Shown here in pieces: positions 1-13,430 of a DNA stretch of 64,000 nt (positions are counted from its first letter, which is position 1; every line of letters begins with the position of its first letter). Under the pieces are notes generated by a model. It was not told the origin of the DNA and searched no databases. It worked only from the letters and a program-made list of their open reading frames with translations. Source of the stretch: Sphyrna mokarran (lineage: Eukaryota); contig JAGIQG010000001.1 in the NCBI GenBank assembly GCA_024679065.1, positions 112,344,001 to 112,408,000 of the forward strand, given 5' to 3'. A program made the position numbers and the translations under genes.

Positions 1-1229
1 TTGCTTTAAGTGCATTTGTACTCCTATAATTTCTGAGAAGTCAAAAAACTCTCCTAAATATAGCTTAACCAATATTTAGATTCAGATGATTGCTGTTTAT
101 TTATGATTCAACAGGATTGTAATATTTTTTCAGCACAGAAGGAGATCAATCACCCAATCATCTTTTTGCCAGCTTCTCTAAAAAGAGCAAATATATTTAA
201 TCTAATCCTCTATCCTGTTCTTACACCCCATGTATTTTTCATTTTCAAGTTTCCTTTTCAACCTTTTATTTCGCCTCTCCTGCAGTCTTTGGTCCTAAAC
301 TCATGATGTAAAAAGTCTTCAAGCTCCTCTTTCAATCTTTTAGTGATGTATTTCAATCACTAATCAGTAAAAATAGTTTTTTTCTAATTTATAATTTTGA
401 AAAATCTCGATTAGACATTGTTCCTTAACTTCTCATGGAGACAGTCCCAGTTTTCATAGACTCTATATTCATAACTGGAATCTTTGATTTCTTTTCATCA
501 TCCTGTCAACCTTCTCCATGCCTTTGATATTTTTCCTGGACACAATATTCTAACCAGTGATTGTATAGGTTTACCTCAGCTTTTGTAAAATGAAAAGTTG
601 TCTCCACAAATTTTCTAAACAAATCCCGCTCTTTGACTTCCATCTCTAATGAACACATAAGATTAATCCTGCCAGGAATAACAAATTGATATGAAGCAGC
701 ATATCAAATCAAATAATTTATATAATTAAAAAATTTTAAAACAAAATAACAAGTTTTAAAGAATCATCAACTACTTAGGTTGCTTCAGTTCTTGGAAAGG
801 TCAAAAACAGGCAGATAAAAAATTAACTGTTATTGGAAACAGTATTGGCCAACGGCAAAAACATCACAATGGAAAATTGAATATTGTTTGCAGCAGGCGC
901 TTTAGTAGCGCAACCTTTACAAGCCCTTGTTAATTCTTTTAACCATTTCATAATCATTCTAGAGGTAGGCTACATTATAAGAATGATGTTTCTTCAGCGG
1001 GTGATGTAATTTTTGTTACATATACCTACAAAAATTTTCCAAAAAAAGTGTGCAAAACCTTTTAATAGCAAAGATACCCATTTAAGTCATTCAGCTGAAT
1101 TCAGAGGTCTCTGTTTAGACAACTAAACTCACCCTCAACCTGGGAGCATGCTTTTTTTTCAACACTAATTAAAACTAATACATCTTTCTCCTGTGATAGA
1201 CTTCATACTGAATGTTACTTGTAATTTAC

Positions 1230-1244
1230 CCATGCGGATGACAT
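1230..1244 (-). CDS. ANXA3: Probable annexin A3 first coding segment (MSSAW) within a 54-nt exon 1230-1283
   Basis: Strong acceptor ccttttttattttgcag| at 1284, agaacATGt Kozak (A at -3), ATG TCA TCC GCA TGG|gtaaat phase 0. Matches the short MASIW-encoding first coding exon of human ANXA3, which follows FRAS1 on the same strand in human. Only 5 codons are visible. Confidence 0.7.
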
Positions 1245-2109
1245 GTTCTACTTCAGTTGAGAATGTTGCTAAGGATGCGAGTTCTGCAAAATAAAAAAGG
1301 AAATGTAAAATGAATGAGTTGCAGCCAGTAACAGATGATCTAAAATGAACTGTAATATATGCACACAATAACAAGAGACCCAAAGTCCTACAGATTATGA
1401 TCCTGTAACTTACGCTGAGATGATACCAACCAATAATGACCCTACAGTGTGCAGGGAGAGGGCATCTGATTGGTATGGGACTGGTAGTTACTGTATTAGC
1501 AGGAGTGTGCTTTGGGCAAGTCCTAACTTTCCCAGTATTGCTGGATGGTTACTGGGCTGTTGTCTCAGAAATATGTAAAATTGATTCCAAGCAGCTCCCT
1601 TTGTAAGAGTCTATTGAGCAAAAGAATTTCAGGAGTAAAGAACATCTTCATGGCCTGGATTCATTTGCTCCACTGAAAAAGCTTGCCCAATTTTTTGTCA
1701 AAACAACACAAATACTTTCACAGGTTGAAAACAGGAGAACTCCTCACATAAAGTATCCCTGTCCTTCTATCTTCTTAAGGAGCAAAGGAGAAACTGCTCT
1801 TAAAGCTTCAGCAACACTGGTAACATAGCATAATACCAGGCAGATTCAATTTCCTATCTGTTTTCCAATCCTTTCACTATATTCCTGCCAAGGTTGTGGT
1901 GGGAGTGCATTGGAAGGGTGATGGTTTGGAGCCCAATGTAATTTTTTTGCAGCAACAAAATACAGTGTTGGTGTTTTTGTTTGTTGCAAAACTAGCCCTA
2001 AATTACCATTATTGTCTTTCAGAATAATAACAGGAACTTTTAACTACCAGTCTGTTCTCCAACTTTGGAGAACTTAAAAGAGGCATATTTATGTACATCC
2101 CAGTTTACA

Positions 2110-2270
2110 GGTGATGCATACAGCATCAGGAAGGTCCCAGGTTTGTGTGAATTAGTTGACCCTTTGCAGTGGAGATTCTACAAATGACTTGTGCGGTCAC
2201 AGATTGAGGTGGAAAAAGGCAGGAAAGCAATACTTGGCCAAATCTACCTACTCCTGCTCAGGATACTGGG
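2110..2270 (+). mobile_element. LF-SINE-like fragment
   Basis: caggaaggtcccaggtt...gaattagttgacc...ctacaaatgac...cctactcctg resembles the LF-SINE core; very decayed. Confidence 0.4.
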
Positions 2271-2479
2271 TTAAACTAGAATTATTGAATTTTACAACAT
2301 GGAAGGAGGTAATTTGACTGATAGCTTTAACGCTATCTCTTTGAAAGAATAATCCAATTAGTCCTACTCTTCTCATCTCCCATAGCCTTGCATTTTCCTT
2401 CCTCTTTTTGTTTGAATCCAATTCTGACTATTGCAATTCTACTTTCAACTTGTCTTGTTTTACCCAGAGGGTGGTGACG

Positions 2480-2682
2480 GTCTGAAATGCACTGCTATAG
2501 TGAAGGCGGGATGTCTCACATCCCTTAAAAAGTATGTGGATGAGTACTTGGCACGTCATAATGTTCAAGACAATGGGCCAAGTGCTGGCAGGTGGGATCA
2601 GGTGGACAGGTCAGAGCCTTTCATGTGTCGGTGCAGATTCGATGGGCTGAAGGGCTTCTTCTGTGCTGTATGATTCTGTGAC
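2480..2682 (+). mobile_element. CR1 LINE 3' end
   Basis: ...ggtgcagattcgatgggctgaagggcttcttctgtgctgtatgattctgtg, typical CR1/HE1 tail. Confidence 0.7.
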
Positions 2683-4059
2683 TTAACAGACCACAAATGT
2701 CCTTGGCATCATTTCTCTCTCAGAACTTGATTATATATCTATATACCTACTGCATCAAAGAGCATGGAGAATTTTAATAACATTTAAATATAGATCTGTG
2801 TTTGCATGAGGGTTCCACCCAGAGCATTCTCATAATTAGACTGATTTAAGACACAGTGTATCTCATCAAAATTTAAATGAAAATACAAATTTCTACAACC
2901 AGTTATTGGAGATGATCTTTTCTAGGCAAAGGATCATTATGTTCTGGTTACTGTTGAGACATGTCATTCCATGATCAGGACATTCTTTCAAGTTAAGTAC
3001 CACTCAACGGTTTTACATGATGACATCCTACACTTGATATAATTATGACAGAGCACATAATGAAGTCGATCACAGACCAACAAGTGATAAGAGACAACTC
3101 CAACAGTATAATCAACTGCAAACCCAATACAAGGTTGTCTGAATTTTTAAAGAAATCACCCCATTTCTCATTTTCAAAGATAGGACACATAAAACAGAGG
3201 CAACATATAAATTTTAAACATATAATCCACTCAGTGTGAGGCAACTCGTTCTTTGTTGTGGAATTTTTCATATTTTGAAGGATTCATTCCAACAGGCACA
3301 AATTTTGGCTTCTGTATGTATGTATAGTTAGAAAATAAGTGAATGTACTCAAAGTGTTTCAACATTTCTGACCCCTCAGAAGGAAAGGGCTTGCCTTGAT
3401 ATGATACCTTGGTACAGAACATCTCAAAATGCATCCAAACACTGTTGCTGTTACGTAAGCAAAGTAACAGATGTTCATCAATCAGAAAAAAGCTAAACCT
3501 TTTTATTTGGCACTGTTGATTAAGGAAAGAATATTGACTAGGCTGCCTGCTGGCTGTTCTACAATTCAGGTCATGAGTTTTTTTTTAAAAAAAAAACACC
3601 TTCTAAATCATTGATAAGGTAAATAAGACATCATAGTAACACCTTGTCTCAGGAGTGGCACTTCAGGCATTATTTGATCTTTTCATTATCACATGCACCT
3701 ATTAAGTAACGATTGGTGGATTAGATGATCACGAAAGCTATTAAATGCTCATATGAAATGATTCCAAACTTACCAAACTTAACTAGAATTATAGATGCTG
3801 ATGGCCAAGCTGGCAATCTGATACTAGATGAGGGGGATGTGAAGTTGGCATCATGTATGTGAAGCCAGCTGACTGTCTCAGCTTTGCTAGAATATTATTG
3901 TAGGCCTAGGAGGAACATTCCAGCCTCACAAAAATATATGATAAAGAATTTAGCCTGTGTCAACCATGGCACATTTGGTACCACTTTTCCCTCTAAGATA
4001 CATGATTCTGTGTTTCCAAGTCCCACTCCAGGCCTGACAAAAATGAAGGCTAACACTCT

Positions 4060-4430
4060 AATGAGATGTGAGGAGAGTGCTGAACTGTTAGAGATACCAT
4101 CCTTCACATGAAACAAACTGAGGGCAATCTGCCTGCTTGCTGGATATAAATAATCTTATGACATTTTGGAGGGAGTTTTCCCATCTCATACACCATGGGA
4201 ACTGTAGCAGGCAAAGAGCGGACCATGCAAAGATCCATTGACCTTGGGTGGGATTTTTCAGTTTTGAAGCGAGTGTGGCCAGAAATTCCAACTCTCTATT
4301 TCAAAAGAAGAAGAGTGTAGTTATCCATGATGTTCTAGAAATTTATTATCCCTCAATCAATATCACAAAGAATATAACCTAGTCAAAATTAAAAATGCTC
4401 TTTCTTGTTGCTGTGTGCAAAGGATGCTAC
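4060..4430 (+). mobile_element. Decayed, interrupted Deu-domain SINE
   Basis: gagtgctgaactgttagagataccatccttcacatgaaac...ctatttcaaaagaagaagag...ttatccctcaatcaatatcac matches the Deu domain. Confidence 0.55.
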
Positions 4431-6249
4431 ATAAAATAAATTCTTTCTTTTCTTTCTGTTTTTTGAGTTGTTTCCAGCAGCCCCATTAAAGACCATTGCT
4501 CAGACAGCTTAACCTCACTACAAATGGCAGAATATATCTGCTTACTTGTACTTCAAAATTATAATTGTGGTCCTGTGTGCCATCATATGTTTAAGATAAT
4601 TTTGTGAGGTGCTACGTGAGTAAAACACACTGGTGTTTTCTTGCACTATGTCAAGCAAGGAAATTCACAGGTTCACACCTATTGGATTGGCAAAGCAGAT
4701 GTGACGCACGTTCCTAGTGAAAGAACAAATAGCAAAGACATATGGGCCTCATAGCAAGTCACTGAAGAGCAGCAAAGTATTTGAAAGAACATATTTGAAT
4801 AACATATTTCCAATCTAGCCTTGATAATGCAGTTAGTGAGGTCTCTTGAAGTGGGAGGAAAGTCTTATCAAGTAGGTGAAGTTCATGACCATCATTGTGA
4901 GTGGAGTTCAAGGTCAACACAATCAGTCTGCATTGCAGCATGTTTGTTCCTGACTCATGGTTCTCATAACATGGAAATCCCAGCTGGATTTGGAGCTGTC
5001 ATCCATTCTGTGCCATATACCATTGGTTGCAACCAGGGGCAGGGAGGGAAGGACACAAAGGGAAGGGCTCCAAGGGGCACAGGTGGTACTGAATGGCAGT
5101 CAACTCATGACTCCAAATCTCCATTCTCTTGGATGAATGGTCTTGGCTGACGAGGGATTGTGCAGTCTTTGTACGCTGCCAAAGCAATGGTCTCTCCATA
5201 TAGTCTAAAGGATAGTGTAGGCAAGTGAAAGAGTGGCAGAAGGAGACTTCTCACACACAGGTCAAAGAGTGATGTTCCCATGCAGTCATGTATGAATGGG
5301 AAATACAGCCTTCTCTGAACCTCTAGGATATCCTTTATCTGGAAGGGGTCAGGTCAGGATACCATGTCGAGTTAGCGACCAGGTGAAGTGCTTAGAAGTA
5401 TCCTGCTGGCTTTGAGATGGAGAGAAACCTGCAAATGACATGCTGACAAAATGTATCACTTCAATTTGTTCAGACACTGACTGAACTATTGATGATGCTT
5501 GTTCAGGCAACCCTGCCTTGTTACTGTCTCTCATCCAAATGAGGAGAAGGAGGGACCCATCACCAGTTGGTACACGTCCAGGAAGAGAAGGGGTCTGAAC
5601 AGCAAGAAGCATCAGGTTCTCCGAAAGTCAAGATTCTGACAAACATGTACCCACTGCAATGGTGAGCATTGTTTCAACCATGGGTGCATTATCGGTGGCG
5701 TTCTTACCTAGGGATAAATGAAAAGCAATGCTGGAGGTGCTCTCATACATCCTTGGATGTGTTTGCTAACATCTGCATGCTTCTCCAGTATGCCCTGTGA
5801 CCACAAGCACAATGGAGAAGCAATATGAAGATCCTGGTCTGTATTAAATGAATACCTGTTCGAATTATTATTAAATATGGCACTGGGACTTTCTCCCCCT
5901 GAGGTGACGACAGGCGGGCAATTTCCTACCCACCCCACCAAGAGTTTCATTGAGTTCCCTGCAGATGCATAATTAATGAGTTGATCAGTGGATGGTCATG
6001 TGCTTTCAGCCATCCCACCACACTGCAGCAATCACGCCAACATTCCCACTAGCTGCTAGACTTAGTCTCCAGAATAGAAAAGTTTGCCTGTTTCTTGTTA
6101 TCAGTATCTCACAGTGACATCCAACTATATAAACAATTGTTTCAAATGTCAAACCTAAGTACAGAAGCCCAATCTCCCATCATTAATATTGCTTCAGTTA
6201 TATGTATACTACATTATTAATATTTTCTCTTTTCAAAAAAAATCAAAAA

Positions 6250-6545
6250 AATCCTAATGAAAGGTCATTGGCTCAAAACATTGGACAGAACTTTCCTCCC
6301 TCTTCACGGTGTGTTTGGCGGTGATGGGATGTGGCATGCTGCTCGCTGGCAGTGATATCTTGCGGTCTCACTGCTGTCAATGGGAATTCCCATTGAATGC
6401 AGCCTTGCCACCGGAAAACCCAGGAGTGCTCCGTCGGTGGGACCGGAGGGTCCTTCCCATCACTAGTGTGACAGCAGCTTAACTCTGTTTCACTCTTCAC
6501 AGATGCACCTTAAGCTGCTGAGTATTTTCAGCACTTTCTTGTCAT
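6250..6545. mobile_element. Penelope-derived short repeat split by a ~200-bp palindromic MITE-like insert (about 6283-6478)
   Basis: gaaaggtcattggctcaaaacatt | insert | aactctgtttcactcttcacagatgc...gctgagtattttcagcactttc; insert contains perfect 20-bp palindrome tcaatgggaattcccattga (6377-6396). Confidence 0.55.
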
Positions 6546-9121
6546 TTCAGTCTATTAAATAATCTGGTACACAAAAGAACTGCTATATATATAATAAGAA
6601 TACTTCACAATTTTTCAGTCTAACAGGCAAAGCACTTTGTTTAATAAATTATACAGGATTTCCAGAATATAATTTCACTTGCTAGCCAGCTGTAAGGAAA
6701 TCCAATTTTTATGGCTTCACGTACCAGCAGTCATGCTTTCAGGGAAATGTGAGTTTGAACTCTTAGGTTTCTCTGTTCATCAATAACCATCTGTGTCATT
6801 CCATTGAATAAAAAATCCTATTCCTTGGCCCAGTGTTTATGGGAAAAGGAACCACGATGGTTGGGGTAATCCAATAATGTTGAGATCCTAAAACCAGTGA
6901 GAGCCGGAGATGTAAAGGTTGGGGATAAATCATAAAAATCAGGGAGAGAAGTTGTGTGTGGAACTTGTAAAATTGGTACAGTGGGAAGAGATTGTAAAGT
7001 CTGCTGGGGATTTTGAGGAGATCATAAAGGCTGGGTGATTGGTGGAGATCTAACCATAAAGATCATAAAAACATGGAAAGGTTAGAAAACAGCTCGGAAA
7101 GGTTTGGGTGGGGACAGAGGTCAGAAAGGTTTGGGAAGAAGATGGGGAATGGGGACAGGAAAAGCATCTTAAAATATTTAAATCATGCACCTGCCTTTGG
7201 GGAGTAAGTTACTAACATGCTCCCAAACTTTTTTTTTTAATTTTAACCCCTATTTTTAACCAAGCATATATCCTAACTCATTATTTCTCACAGATCAACA
7301 AATTTTCTATTCAAACTGTCTTAAAAATTACATTCTGAAAACCCATATAAACTATACTATGTTCTCTATATATGGTATGCTGAGATAGTGATAAGTGCTA
7401 TATAAATGTAAATCTTCCTCTAAAATTTTCAGGTTCATTTTTACCTCTTTATCTAAGTACAGAATGCTTGCACTCTATTTCAAACTTTTGGGAAGGAATT
7501 TACTTTATTTTCTATGCATCTCATTTGAAAACCTCACTGTTGATCTGTCAACTTATTTGTTAACTTTTCTGTCTAGTCAATTTGAATTAGATCCCCCTCT
7601 GTCTCTTTGACCTTTTGCCTTTGTCCAATCCACCATGCTAATCCTAACCCTGTCATTATGTATTTTCTTGTGGAAACATACGGTGTTTCACTTTGTCCTT
7701 CTGCTCTCATGTCATTTTGCAGAACTGAAATAAGCAATTGTTGCTTTTGTCATTGCTGTCTGAACATATTGATATAAGAAACCTGAATGCCTTCTACAAA
7801 ATATCTTAACACTAGTTTGGTTTGCAAAAGTTGATATCATCCAGTATTATACTTTCAGCATCTCCCTCCAAACTGGATATAAGCTTTCATCCCAAGTGTT
7901 CAGTGGGGTGTAATGCATATGACATTTCACCACTTCCTTTTGCATTTTTAACTCATCATATAGATTTTGATTTGACACAACACCCTAGGACATCCTTCCT
8001 TTCTAACGCAATGACTTTAACAACATTAAATCCTACTCTTCCATGGACTATCTTACTGTATTGAAGCAGTGCACTTAGTAAAGTAATAAACACACTCAAA
8101 ACATTGTATATTTACAGCATACAAGTTATATTTTTCAAATGTTGTCTAATTAATTTTTAATAAAAGTACATTTAAACATAAATCAATATATTAACCAGTT
8201 TATAAACTTGCTGAAAAATATCTGTTCATGTTAACCAATCTGTAATGGGAAAGTGTATAATGAGCTAAATTTTGCAATCAGTGGTGAAGGCACAGTACTA
8301 GCTGCTCACCTCATAAGAAAGCTATCAACAAAGATATTGTGAAGCCTGTGACATCAATTCCCTCACTCCTGAGGCCATTTGAATCTGGTATCTAGTCAAG
8401 TGTCCAACAGCCATCAAACAGGAAAACCAACTAATCACATTGAAGAATCAGCAGACAGAAAACTAGGGGTTGTAAAGTACTGACCTCCTTCACTTCTAAT
8501 CCTAAATTTTACAGATACTGAAATAAGTGATTCAGACATACACATGGGATTAAGGTAGAAGGTAAAATATATTAAACAAATTTTCTTACAAAAAGTCAAA
8601 AGGTAATGGAGAAATTTGATATTGACCAATGAGGCTGGTTAGTAGTAACAATGAAATTAAGGCACAGTTAAAAACCCAGCAATATATCATTCAATAAGAT
8701 GCAACTTTTTCAATGGTTTTTACAGCATGGCTAACAGTGTCAAAGTAAAATTCCCATCAATTCAATGATTTCTAATTGATTAGGTGGAACTTCACCAACA
8801 CATCCCCTGGAGAAATTAGAATCACAGGCAACAAATTTAGATTTCTGTGTTGCTCAGTACGTATGGAGATTTCAGAACTTGCTGTCAGATTCTGAGGAAG
8901 AATGGCTGTAAATGCTAACAATTTCATTGACAAATATTTCTGCTTTACAGCAATAATCTCAGGCTTACTCAATTTAAATAAATTATAATTCCATAATATT
9001 TAACTTTTCAATATTCTCTTTGCATGTGCCAAAGGAAAATATTATAAACTGCAACAATTTTGTTAATTTTACAAATATGAATATGGAAAAACAGAGAGTC
9101 CTCAAAATATTTCATTTTTAC

Positions 9122-9188
9122 CTTAACCTTTGTGTGACCCTTTACCCTTAGTCACAACAGCTTGCAGAAGTGATCTGGAGCTCAAATT
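9122..9188 (-). other. Candidate non-coding exon 1 of ANXA3
   Basis: From the Inr to donors AGG|gtaaag (exon end 9146) or AAG|gtaaaa (exon end 9122); no ATG in it. Confidence 0.4.
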
Positions 9189-9280
9189 GACTAGTTTGCT
9201 CTGGGATCTGCTTTATATACACAATGACAGGGAGGAAGTGATGCACTCTGGGCATTGCGTCTGTTTCTGTGGTTTTCCAT
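9188..9280 (-). promoter_or_regulatory. Candidate core promoter (TATA + Inr, ETS/PU.1, RUNX, NFAT-like sites), likely ANXA3
   Basis: TATATAAA at 9219-9212; Inr TCA(+1)ATTT with +1 at 9188, 31 nt from the TATA T; GAGGAAGTG 9232-9240; TGTGGTT 9268-9274; TTTCCA 9274-9279. Confidence 0.55.
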
Positions 9281-10539
9281 GAAGAGCCACTGAGATGCCT
9301 GCTTTTGCCTTCAATTAAAGATTTATTTCATAGCCACACCAAAGAGGTGGGATGTTCACCACAGGCTGCAATTCTTGGGTCTACACAAAATCACACTCTT
9401 TACCATAGCTCAGCCACTAACTAAAGTAGAAATGATCTCCTTTGACAAAATTCTTCCTACTGCGATAAAACTAAAAATGGAATAAAACCATGTTCAGCAT
9501 TACATCGTTTCCATGTTTATCAAACATGTACGTTGGTGCGGTGATAACCTAAAATCTACACTCCATAAGAATGCTTTCTGCAACGTATCAATATTATTCC
9601 TGCCTCATCACTGGTGTTTCAAGACAATCAGATTTTTCTGTCAACCACTAAATATTTCATTGTTCTAGTTTTAAATGTTCACCCATAAACACTTGCAAGT
9701 ACAATGGTATCAAGTGGGGAGAATTTCCTCCCAGCAAACTGCCCATCTGCTAAAATACTTAAAAAATAAAAGTATAGACTTTGGGGCTATTTTCCTTTCT
9801 GTAAAATATAATTTGAAAAGATGCATAGATTTCTTCTTATATTACTAGCTCCATCTTTCCTTTTTTTCCCTGAAGTGGTGTATGAAATAGCTTTTAAATA
9901 AAGCCAGTTAAGGATCTGTGTTAAGCAAGATGTGTAATTTTGTTCTTTGAGGCACATCAAAGAAAATAGTTATTTGCTCCTATTCAGTTTTGTGGAAAAA
10001 CATCAAGAAAGACACAGAAGGGAATGGATGGGATTCAATTTGCATGAATAGGAGAGGGTGCACACAGAATCAAGAATACGAAAGGGGGAGGATAAGAGTT
10101 GTAAAAGAATCATTGGGGTGTGGGGTGGGGGTGGTGGGAGAGGAGAGAGTGGTGGTTAGGGAAATGGTTTGTGGTCATTCATTAAGGAATTGGAGAGCTG
10201 CGTGAAAGACAGGCATAGTCCCTGAACTGATGCCAAGAGTTCAGTATGAGAGATTAAAGACTGGAGCTCTGTGGGCATGCTCTGCATGTTGTGTTCCTGC
10301 TCCAGGGAAAGGCAAGGCCTATGTGCTCAATAGAGATCAGACAGAGTTTGGTGTGCAGTCTGTAGTTATACTCTTACAGTCAATGATGATGGGGGTGCCT
10401 GGCTCGTTTGTGGGGTGCAGATCGGATGGCAGTAGTTAAGGGAGCAATTGCAACCTGTAAATGGGGAGAATTTAATCAAGGTTGGGATACTCAAAACTCT
10501 CCAGAGGAGGTGGGGGACAATATGTCAACGTGCACACAT

Positions 10540-13430
10540 CTTTCAAGATATGGAGGACTAGGGTTCATATGGCATGAGGATTGCAACAGTGGTCCGCTCA
10601 GGGATGGGCAAGAATATTACAATGACGATGGGATCCAAGGTTACTGGGGGAATTCTACCTATAGTAGAACTTCACTGGGAGGGTGCATTTGAGGCTGGTG
10701 GCAAAAGTAAAAATTCATCATCACCATCTAGAAATGTGCAAGAGACATTGTCGTGCAAGCCTACACTCATTAAGAAATGTGGTGGATTATATCTGCCATG
10801 TTATGTGGGAGAAGCTAATGCTGTAACACTGTATCCCCCTGCCAGTGCCCCTGAAGATCATCACTGCACTTATTTCTTTTTGCCAATGGGTCTTTAAAGA
10901 ATCCACAGGAGGATACGCAACATCTCAGTCCTCAACACAAATGTATCAAGGAGGTGATGGGTACCCTCTACCATAAGGCTCATCATTACGTGAAGTTTAC
11001 ACTGGATGAAGCTGGTTAAGTTGCTGAATTCCTGAATTTCATGGCAATCTATGGATGCTGTAGAATTCGGCATACAATCGATTGCACTCATGGCTGGGGG
11101 GGCTCCAACGATAGCACTCTCCGCTGTTCATTAACTTGAAAAGGTTCCACTCGCTATGTGTTTAGTTGCTGTGCGCCATTCAGAAGTACATCATGCACAT
11201 TTGTGTCAAGTAACCTGGAAGTTCCCATGACTCCCACACTCTGAGGAACTCCAGGTCCTCAAATACTCAAAGGGCTGAACAGCCTATACAGTGTTAGTTT
11301 CTCCCACATAATGCGGCAAATATCATCCACCACATTTCTTCATGAGTGTAGACTTGTGTGACATTGTCTCTTGTACATCACCAGATGGTAATACTGAATT
11401 TTTACTTTTGCGACCAATCTCAAACCCACCCTCCCATCAAAGCTAGCTGCTTGGTGATGAGGGGTATCTGCTGAAATGATGATCACGGTATCTATGTATC
11501 AACATAGAGGAAAGACACAACATGGCACATAGATCAACAAGATCCATCAGATTGCTGACCATTGGCAACCTGGAGTTGTGCTTCCAATGCTTGGGCAACT
11601 GAGGTGGGGCTCTGAAGTGTCCCCCAGAGAGTGTGTCCCACATAACTGCACCATCTGGCACTTCAAAGGGGAGATCACTTTCCAGGGGGAGATATGGAGG
11701 ATGCTGAGAACTCCTCAGACAATGAAGATCTGCAAAGGCAGGAACATGAAGAGGGCACTGATGAAGAGTTTCCATGTGAAGATGCAAGCAAAGCCACAAG
11801 ATACAGAAGATAAGACCTAGACATATTCACAGCAGCAAGATTCCAGGAGGAATAAAACACAGGCAAAAATACTCAAGTGCATTTCTCCCGTCCCTGAGTG
11901 ACATGGCGGTGATGGGAAAGGTTTTTATAACTATTAACATCGAGAGTAAGGTCAGCATTAGGCTTTGGACCTCCAACCCTCATGTTTGACCAGGACCTCA
12001 ACTTTGGAACGATCATCAGGCAATGTTAGATGTAGTCGCTGCAGGTGAAATGCCAGCGCAGAGTTTTGTCAAGTGGGCTTGATGCAGTCGTGACCTCCTG
12101 AATGAGACACTTATTGTGCCACAGACATACAGATATGATGGGAGAGACAATCATGGCTACACAACTTGTGCTTTCACACAAACAGTGAAGATAGTTATCT
12201 GTTTGTGAGGAAAAGGATGAGTTACAAACAAGAGTTAGTTAGACATCACGTGAATGTGAGGTTCACAAAGGGAGACAATCACAGAGTAGGAGCTTGTATC
12301 ACTCTTGTAGTAAGAAGCCACATAGATGTAGATGCATGAGATGTTTATATGATGAGACAAATATCACGAACAGGAAACGTATTTACAAAGGTGCGGGATA
12401 CATATAGTGAGTGAACACCCTTGATCCAAAAGTGATTTCATGATGTCTTATCTTTCTAACCTGACTGCTATGTCACAGTGCATCCATGATATCTATAGCA
12501 GAGGTGGAGGCAGCCTGCTGACTGGTACACTCAGATATCTTTGATGACTTTGGGCATCCTATGGAGGGCTGAGGTCTAGAAAGCCCAGGACTGCTTTGGG
12601 TCTCCTACTGAGCATCCTCGGCCTGCACAACTAGAGATGATGGGGTCAGAGACAGAGGGGATTGGAATCAGCTGAACACTCACTCACCTGGGTGGATGGT
12701 CTTGGAGTGTCCAATTGCTGGTCATCCTTCCAGTGGGTGCCTGAGGGCCCTTGGCCTGATACCTTGAGGAAGAGGGATATTTGGAGGTAGGCCTAGGTGC
12801 CCAGTTTTCTTCTCATCTACTTACTGATGAATCTTAACAATACCCAGAGTGATCAAGTGCAGGTCCAAGTGAAAATCTCGCAGAACTCGTTGAACTATGG
12901 TCTCCAAGGCAGCCACCACGCTTCCAAAGGAGATCTAACGACACTCACATATCAGAGCCATGACATCAGACAGGACATGGATGGACTCCTCCAACCTTCA
13001 CTCTAGTCTGTTGACTGCCTCTCATGACTCTGCTTGATGTTCTGCTGTCTGTCTTTGCAATTCTAGCGTGTTAGTGATGATCACTTCCAGAGGCTCATCA
13101 ACTGGATCGGATTCAATGGATAGCTGTTCTCCAGCAGTCCTCCGAGTGTCAGAGATCTGGATTATCCATATCTCTGCATGCTGAGGTTTGCATTTTTAAA
13201 AGGCATCAAATGTTAAATTCCAAATTGGGGATGTGGGTTAGAATGATGTGATGGGGAAGCCCACTAATTAAATTTCAATTTATTTAAATGAGGTATCCAA
13301 ACTTCCTGAATAGAAATCTCATTATGTCCCTGCAGGAAGCAGGGAAAGTAGATCTCAATAGCAAGATTTATTTTCATATTTTGTGCCTAGTCATCATTCG
13401 CACTTAGTGAACACGGGTATAAAATCATGG
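10540..13430 (+). mobile_element. Decayed Harbinger/PIF DNA transposon (transposase on +, second ORF remnant on -); boundaries approximate
   Basis: Frameshifted HARBI1-type motifs in order: LKIITAL, FANGS, TIDCTH (11074-11091), KRFHSL, PGSSHDSHTLRNS, EERHNMAHRSTR, GAL; acidic tail near 11700-11850; stops and frameshifts. Confidence 0.8.

Noticed and set aside
4800-5950. GC-richer block possibly derived from another Harbinger
   Set aside because: Only a weak VLADEG-like motif; could not assign a family with confidence
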